Made by a program: the position numbers and the translations under genes | Shown: positions 10,259 to 14,014 of the stretch, piece after piece | How positions within the stretch are numbered: the stretch's first letter is position 1 | Layout of the letters: every line of letters starts with the position of its first letter | Source of the DNA: Armatimonadia bacterium | GTDB lineage: Bacteria; Armatimonadota; Zipacnadia; Zipacnadales; UBA11051 | Direction of reading: 5' to 3' | Assembly: GCA_039683575.1 (NCBI GenBank) | Contig: JBDKRC010000214.1 | Coordinates: 1-14,014, forward strand | DNA length: 14,014 bases | The notes under the pieces: generated by a model | Database searches by the model: none | What the model was told of the DNA's origin: nothing | The model's input: only the letters and a program-made list of their open reading frames with translations

Positions 10259-10303
10259 CTATTCGGCCGCACACCCCTCGCACATGCTACATGACTGTCT
10301 CAT
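10259..10303 (-). CDS. 14-aa Cys/Met-rich peptide MRQSCSMCEGCAAE (candidate leader peptide; absent from ORF track)
   Basis: Minus strand reads AAAGGAGGT-AGCCAA-ATG AGA CAG TCA TGT AGC ATG TGC GAG GGG TGT GCG GCC GAA TAG. Near-full anti-16S SD at 6-nt spacing; 3 Cys + 2 Met inside a cys/met operon. Confidence 0.72.
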   Translation of the reverse strand: MRQSCSMCEGCAAE

Positions 10304-10340
10304 TTGGCTACCTCCTTTGCAGCTAGCAAACTCTCCTGAT

Positions 10341-10373
10341 CCAGTCACGCGGACGACGCGCCCGCGCGACTGG
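10341..10373 (-). other. Strong stem-loop after cysK stop (mRNA stabiliser, processing or pause site)
   Basis: Minus strand CCAGTCGCGCGG...CCGCGTGACTGG gives 12 bp with one G-U pair. No U-tract follows. Confidence 0.6.
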
Positions 10374-10382
10374 TGAATGTAG

Positions 10383-11336
10383 CTAGATATCCACCCGCTC
10401 CAACTCCGCCGGATCATAGGCAAACAGCTCTGTGGACAGGTACCGCTCGCCGGTGTCAGGCAGCACCACGACGATCAGCTTGCCCACATTCTCGGCGCGC
10501 GCGGCGATCTGCAGGGCCGCGTTTGTGGCAGCCCCCGATGACACGCCGGCCACGATTCCCTCGGTGCGGGCCAACTGCCGCGCGGTCGCTATGGCGTCCT
10601 CGCTGGTCACTTTGATGATCTCATCCACCAGTTCTCGCCGCAGTACCTTCGGCACAAAACCGGCTCCGATGCCCTGGATCTTGTGCGGCCCTGGTGCGCC
10701 GCCCGACAGGACAGGGGACTCTGCCGGCTCGACCGCGATCAACTGCAACTCCGGCTTGACCGGCCGCAACGCCTCGCCGATGCCCGTCAGGGTCCCGCCC
10801 GTGCCCACACCGCCGACCACAATATCTACCGCGCCACGCGTGTCCCGCCAGATCTCCGGCCCCGTCCCCATCCGGTGTGCGTACGGGTTGGCCAGATTCT
10901 CAAACTGCTGCAGTAGCAGATACTTCTCATCTGACGCCGCAAGCTGCTCGGCATAGGCCACTGCTCCCTTCATCCCCTTAGCCGCCGGCGTCAGGATCAG
11001 CTTCGCGCCCAACGCCACCAACAGCCGCCGTCGTTCCTCAGTCATGCTCTCGGGCATCACCAGAGTCAGCGCATATCCCCGGACCGCCGCCACCAGCGCC
11101 AGACCGATCCCTGTGTTACCGGAAGTCGGCTCTAGCAACACCGTATCATCCTTGATGCGCCCGATTGCCTCCGCCGCCTCGATCATCGTCAGCCCGATCC
11201 GCTCCTTCACACACGACAGCGGGTTGAACGACTCCACCTTCGCGACCACCCGTCCCGGCAGCCCTTCGGCCAAGCGGTCCAGGTACACCAGCGGGGTGTT
11301 TCCGATCAACTCAGTGATGTTGGTTGCGATAGCCAT
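10383..11336 (-). CDS. cysK: Cysteine synthase A (O-acetylserine sulfhydrylase)
   Basis: IGNTPLV, PLP-lysine [47 protein letters not shown] and [10 protein letters not shown] motifs. SD GAGGTG. Confidence 0.97.
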   Translation of the reverse strand: MAIATNITELIGNTPLVYLDRLAEGLPGRVVAKVESFNPLSCVKERIGLTMIEAAEAIGRIKDDTVLLEPTSGNTGIGLALVAAVRGYALTLVMPESMTEERRRLLVALGAKLILTPAAKGMKGAVAYAEQLAASDEKYLLLQQFENLANPYAHRMGTGPEIWRDTRGAVDIVVGGVGTGGTLTGIGEALRPVKPELQLIAVEPAESPVLSGGAPGPHKIQGIGAGFVPKVLRRELVDEIIKVTSEDAIATARQLARTEGIVAGVSSGAATNAALQIAARAENVGKLIVVVLPDTGERYLSTELFAYDPAELERVDI

Positions 11337-11354
11337 TTCGCCACCTCTTTTTTC

Positions 11355-11382
11355 ACTAACTACATAGAGTTAGTGTAGATTA
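11355..11382 (-). promoter_or_regulatory. Candidate operator copy 1 in cysK 5' leader (TAATCTACACTAACTCTATGTAGTTAGT)
   Basis: Same 28-nt TAAT...AGwTAGT frame as the copies at 11433-11460 and 11567-11594; internally dyad-symmetric. Confidence 0.45.
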
Positions 11383-11432
11383 AAGATAACAGGCAAAAAA
11401 AGAGAGAGCTTGGTGCCCTACACTCACTGCCC

Positions 11433-11460
11433 ACTATCTCTACTTTGTTGGGTGGGATTA
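11433..11460 (-). promoter_or_regulatory. Candidate operator copy 2 overlapping cysK -10/+1 (TAATCCCACCCAACAAAGTAGAGATAGT)
   Basis: Shares TAAT-N12-AGTwGAGATAGT with the copy at the hydE promoter. Confidence 0.55.
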
Positions 11461-11485
11461 TGTACATTGTCTCGGTCCGTGTCAA
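11457..11485 (-). promoter_or_regulatory. Sigma70-type promoter for the cysK-met operon
   Basis: TTGACA (11485-11480), 17-nt spacer, CATAAT (11462-11457). Confidence 0.7.
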
Positions 11486-11543
11486 CAACTATTTTTCTGC
11501 CCGCCACATACCCCTCCACCGAACGCCTGATCATTGCTCACGC

Positions 11544-11572
11544 TTGACTCGTAGACAGTTTATCAATAATAT
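11544..11572 (+). promoter_or_regulatory. Sigma70-type promoter for hydE-larE
   Basis: TTGACT (11544-11549), 17-nt spacer, TAATAT (11567-11572). SD AGGAGAGG lies before ATG 11611. Confidence 0.7.
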
Positions 11573-11594
11573 CCATTGGAATAGTTGAGATAGT
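11567..11594 (+). promoter_or_regulatory. Candidate operator copy 3 overlapping hydE -10/+1 (TAATATCCATTGGAATAGTTGAGATAGT)
   Basis: Matches copy 2. An additional tandem half-site AGTTGGGATAG sits at 11592-11602. Confidence 0.55.
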
Positions 11595-11610
11595 TGGGAT
11601 AGGAGAGGTA

Positions 11611-12666
11611 ATGACAGCCCTGACGCCTGAAGCCCTATCCGCCGCAACCGCCCCCGACCTTGCGGCTCTGCTCGAAACCTCCGACCCCGCGGTCGCCGAC
11701 GCGCTGTTAGCCGCCGCCGATACCACCCGCCGCGAACACCTCGGCGATGGCGTCCAACTCCGCGCGCTCATCGAGTTTTCGAACCATTGCACTCGCACCT
11801 GCCACTACTGCGGCCTCCGCGCCGCCAATGAGGCAATTCCGCGCTACCGCATGCCTTTGGAGGAGATCGTCCAGGCCGCCCTCCGGGCCAGCGCCCTCGG
11901 GTATCAGACTGTTGTACTTCAATCCGGCGAGGACCCCTGGTACACATGCGACCGCGTCTCGTGGCTCGTGCGCGAGATCAAGGCACAGACCGGCACGGCC
12001 ATCACCATCTGCCTCGGCGAGCGCCCTCGCGACCACTACGCAGCCTGGCGCGACGCCGGGGCCGACCGCTATCTCCTGCGCATCGAAACCAGCAGTTCTG
12101 TCCTCTACCATGCCCTGCACCCGGGTATGTCCTTCGGCAACCGTCTGCGCTGCTTGCAGACGCTCAAGGCACTGGGCTACCAGCTTGGCTCCGGCATCCT
12201 CATCGGCCTCCCCGGCCAGACCCCGCTGCTGCTCGCCAAAGACCTCCTCTTCCTCCGCGACCTGCAGCCCGACATGGTCGGCATGGGGCCCTTCATCTCC
12301 CACCCGCAGACTCCGCTTGCCCACCAGCCCGGCGGTGCCCTTGACCTCACCCTGCGCATGATGGCCTTGGCGCGGCTCTTCCTCCCCGGCTGCCATCTCG
12401 TCGCTACCACGGCCCTCGGCAGCATTGACCCGCTCGGACGCGAGCGCGGCCTGCAGGTCGGCGCCAACGTCCTGATGCCCAACGCCACGCCCCGCCAGTA
12501 CCGCGCCGACTACGAGATCTATCCGAACAAGATATGCCTGGACGAAGAGCCCGAACACTGCCGCGGCTGTATCGAAGGCCGCCTCAATACCATCGGCCGC
12601 CACGTCGCCTCGGGCCCCGGCCATGCCACCAGACTGGAGCAGCACCCATGCCCGACACAGCACTGA
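11611..12666 (+). CDS. hydE: HydE-type radical SAM enzyme ([FeFe]-hydrogenase maturase HydE/BioB-like family)
   Basis: RALIEFSNHCTRTCHYCGL (CxxxCxxC), VVLQSGED, RYLLRIET, IGLPGQ, GPFISHPQTPL, ATTAL, GANVLMPN, YEIYPNK and a C-terminal Cx7Cx2C auxiliary-cluster motif. Confidence 0.88.
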   Translation: MTALTPEALSAATAPDLAALLETSDPAVADALLAAADTTRREHLGDGVQLRALIEFSNHCTRTCHYCGLRAANEAIPRYRMPLEEIVQAALRASALGYQTVVLQSGEDPWYTCDRVSWLVREIKAQTGTAITICLGERPRDHYAAWRDAGADRYLLRIETSSSVLYHALHPGMSFGNRLRCLQTLKALGYQLGSGILIGLPGQTPLLLAKDLLFLRDLQPDMVGMGPFISHPQTPLAHQPGGALDLTLRMMALARLFLPGCHLVATTALGSIDPLGRERGLQVGANVLMPNATPRQYRADYEIYPNKICLDEEPEHCRGCIEGRLNTIGRHVASGPGHATRLEQHPCPTQH

Positions 12667-13490
12667 CAACCAAATACGCCGCCCTGCGCGAGCACTTGCA
12701 GCAACTTGGCAGCGTTGTCGTCGCCTTCTCGGGCGGCGTGGATAGCTCGCTGCTACTTGCCGTGGCCCATGAGGCACTGGGCGACAAGGTGCTCGCCGCG
12801 ACCGAAGTCTCACCCATGTACGCCGCCGAAGAACTGCAGCGCGCCCAGACCTTCGCCCGGAGCCTCGGCGTCCGCCACGCCCTGATCGAGACCACTCTCG
12901 ATGTTCCCCAGGTGCTCGCCAACGCCCCGGACCGCTGCTATCACTGCAAGCGCAGCCTCTTTTGCGTACTCCTCACCCGAGCTGCGGCCGAGGGCCTCGC
13001 CCATGTGGTCGAGGGCGCCCACGCCGACGACGTCGGCGACTATCGCCCCGGCCTGCGCGCTGCCGAGGAGCTTGGCATCAAGGCCCCCCTCCGCGACGCC
13101 GGCTTCACAAAGAGCGACATCCGCGAACTCTCGCGCCGACTGGACCTCCCCACCGCCGATCTGCCCGCCCAGGCGTGCCTGGCTTCGCGCTTCCCGTATG
13201 GCAGCCCAATCACCGCTGAGAAACTCCAGCAAGTGGCACGCGCCGAAGCCAGCCTTCGCGCCCTCGGCTTCGCTACCATCCGCGTCCGTCACTACGGCGA
13301 CCTCGCCCGCCTGGAAATACCCACCGTTGATCTCCCCCGCCTATTCAGTAACCAAACGCGAGACGGCGTGGTCGCTGCTGTCAAAGAGGCCGGCTTCACC
13401 TACGTCACCGCCGATCTCCAAGGCTTCCGCTCCGGCAGCATGAATGAGGTTCTCAGTGGAAATGCTTCACCCCGGGGAACATCTATTTAG
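12648..13490 (+). CDS. larE: LarE-family ATP-dependent sulfur transferase (PP-loop), with Cys triad of [4Fe-4S]-type LarE
   Basis: AFSGGVDS PP-loop, RCYHCK, DYRPG, ACLASRFPYG, RVR and GFRSGSMN motifs. ATG 12648 with SD GGAG overlaps the hydE end by 19 nt. Confidence 0.9.
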   Translation: MPDTALTTKYAALREHLQQLGSVVVAFSGGVDSSLLLAVAHEALGDKVLAATEVSPMYAAEELQRAQTFARSLGVRHALIETTLDVPQVLANAPDRCYHCKRSLFCVLLTRAAAEGLAHVVEGAHADDVGDYRPGLRAAEELGIKAPLRDAGFTKSDIRELSRRLDLPTADLPAQACLASRFPYGSPITAEKLQQVARAEASLRALGFATIRVRHYGDLARLEIPTVDLPRLFSNQTRDGVVAAVKEAGFTYVTADLQGFRSGSMNEVLSGNASPRGTSI

Positions 13491-13539
13491 TCAATCGCCG
13501 TTGTAGACATCACAGCCAACGCAAACGGATGCCGCTCGA

Positions 13540-13947
13540 ATGCGTATTGCCGACCTGCTAACAATCCTCGCTCTCGTCCTCTCGACCCTGACGCTGTCGA
13601 GCGCACACCCATGCTTGCCGCTCTCCCCCACGCCCCACCTGCGTGCTCAGGCTTCCGACTGCTGCTGCGCTCCCACCCACTGCGACTGCCACAAGCCTTG
13701 CCTTGGCTCTTCCACTCAGCCGAATGACACCTCAGTTGCAGCCCCAACCTCGACTGATGGGACCTACTTGCTCGCGCTGACCGCTGCTATTGCCGGTGTG
13801 GGCACCCCTGTACTCCTCGATCCGGCCCTGCGCCTCTCGCCGGGTGCTGTCGGCCCCTTCGCCTCGCATCACGCTGCCTGTCTCGGCACTAGTGTCTCGC
13901 CTTCCAAAAAGCTAGACAGTTACACGGCCCTCGGCTGGCCGGTATAG
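13540..13947 (+). CDS. Exported Cys/His-rich small protein, probably 3'-interrupted by an IS after about codon 117
   Basis: Signal-like N-terminus and the DCCCAPTHCDCHKPC cluster. No clear SD. The last ~18 codons overlap the putative IS end and the transposase 3' end on the opposite strand. Confidence 0.55.
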   Translation: MRIADLLTILALVLSTLTLSSAHPCLPLSPTPHLRAQASDCCCAPTHCDCHKPCLGSSTQPNDTSVAAPTSTDGTYLLALTAAIAGVGTPVLLDPALRLSPGAVGPFASHHAACLGTSVSPSKKLDSYTALGWPV

Positions 13948-14014
13948 GTCCAGCGGTATGGATGGGCTTCTTTGGTATTGTAGTAGTCGATGAAGCCGGT
14001 GACTTTGTCGTCCA
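13892..14014 (-). mobile_element. End of an IS630-family insertion sequence (partial, continues beyond window)
   Basis: The transposase-like C-terminus is followed after ~28 nt by ...GAGACAC-TA; + strand C-TA-GTGTCTCG at 13889-13899 fits TA-targeting IS630 ends. Exact boundary is inferred; a second CTAG at 13912-13915 is an alternative. Confidence 0.65.
13920..14014 (-). CDS. C-terminal fragment of IS630-family transposase (partial; absent from ORF track)
   Basis: Minus frame from 14012 reads DDKVTGFIDYYNTKEAHPYRWTYTGQPRAV*, matching the IS630 tail pattern FIxxxNxxxAxP[FY]xWTYxG. Confidence 0.78.
   Translation of the reverse strand, partial: DDKVTGFIDYYNTKEAHPYRWTYTGQPRAV

Noticed and set aside
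10169-10261. Amber (pyrrolysine) read-through of the 14-aa peptide, given that HydE is related to PylB
   Set aside because: The radical SAM enzyme has HydE signatures, no pylS/C/D/T is in the window, and the read-through product would be a short low-complexity Pro-rich tail.
10127-10382. SAM-I riboswitch or T-box upstream of the met genes
   Set aside because: No recognisable SAM-I core (AUC...GAU P1, kink-turn, GCAACC) or T-box GGUGGNACC sequence by eye, and no intrinsic terminator. An Rfam scan would be decisive.
12534-12647. N-terminal extension of LarE
   Set aside because: Lies inside the conserved hydE C-terminus; the SD supports ATG 12648.
11611-12666. Biotin synthase BioB call
   Set aside because: It has YLLRIET, ATTAL and YxxYPxK-Cx7Cx2C of HydE rather than the YNHNLDT motif of BioB.
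11707-12813. 368-aa - strand ORF
   Set aside because: Antisense shadow of hydE/larE with no motifs.
13491-13539. Possible riboswitch or terminator after larE (CGTTG...CAACG, ACGCAAA)
   Set aside because: Only a 5-bp stem with no U-tract, and the GEMM-like motif is incomplete.

Overview
GC-rich bacterial window, probably from a diderm with anaerobic metabolism (inferred from a predicted beta-barrel gene and HydE). It has three blocks. (1) 118-6152 (+): the distal part of a Tad/Flp pilus operon (TadE-like, TadG-like, CpaE/TadZ, CpaF/TadA, TadB, TadC). (2) 6149-11336 (-): a cysteine/methionine operon: cysK, an unannotated 14-aa CxxCxxC peptide ORF, a predicted outer-membrane beta-barrel, metY, a GTAG-type REP doublet, metX and metW. 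(3) 11611-13490 (+): a divergent HydE-type radical SAM gene overlapping a [4Fe-4S]-type LarE sulfur-transferase gene, followed by a secreted Cys/His-rich ORF that appears interrupted by an IS630-family element entering from the right edge. The two most interesting signals are the Cys/Met-rich peptide MRQSCSMCEGCAAE, which has a perfect SD and attenuator-like alternative RNA pairings upstream of the porin-met genes, and a 28-bp motif at both divergent promoters suggesting hydE-larE is co-regulated with Cys/Met synthesis. All family calls come from motif recognition by eye; no searches were run.
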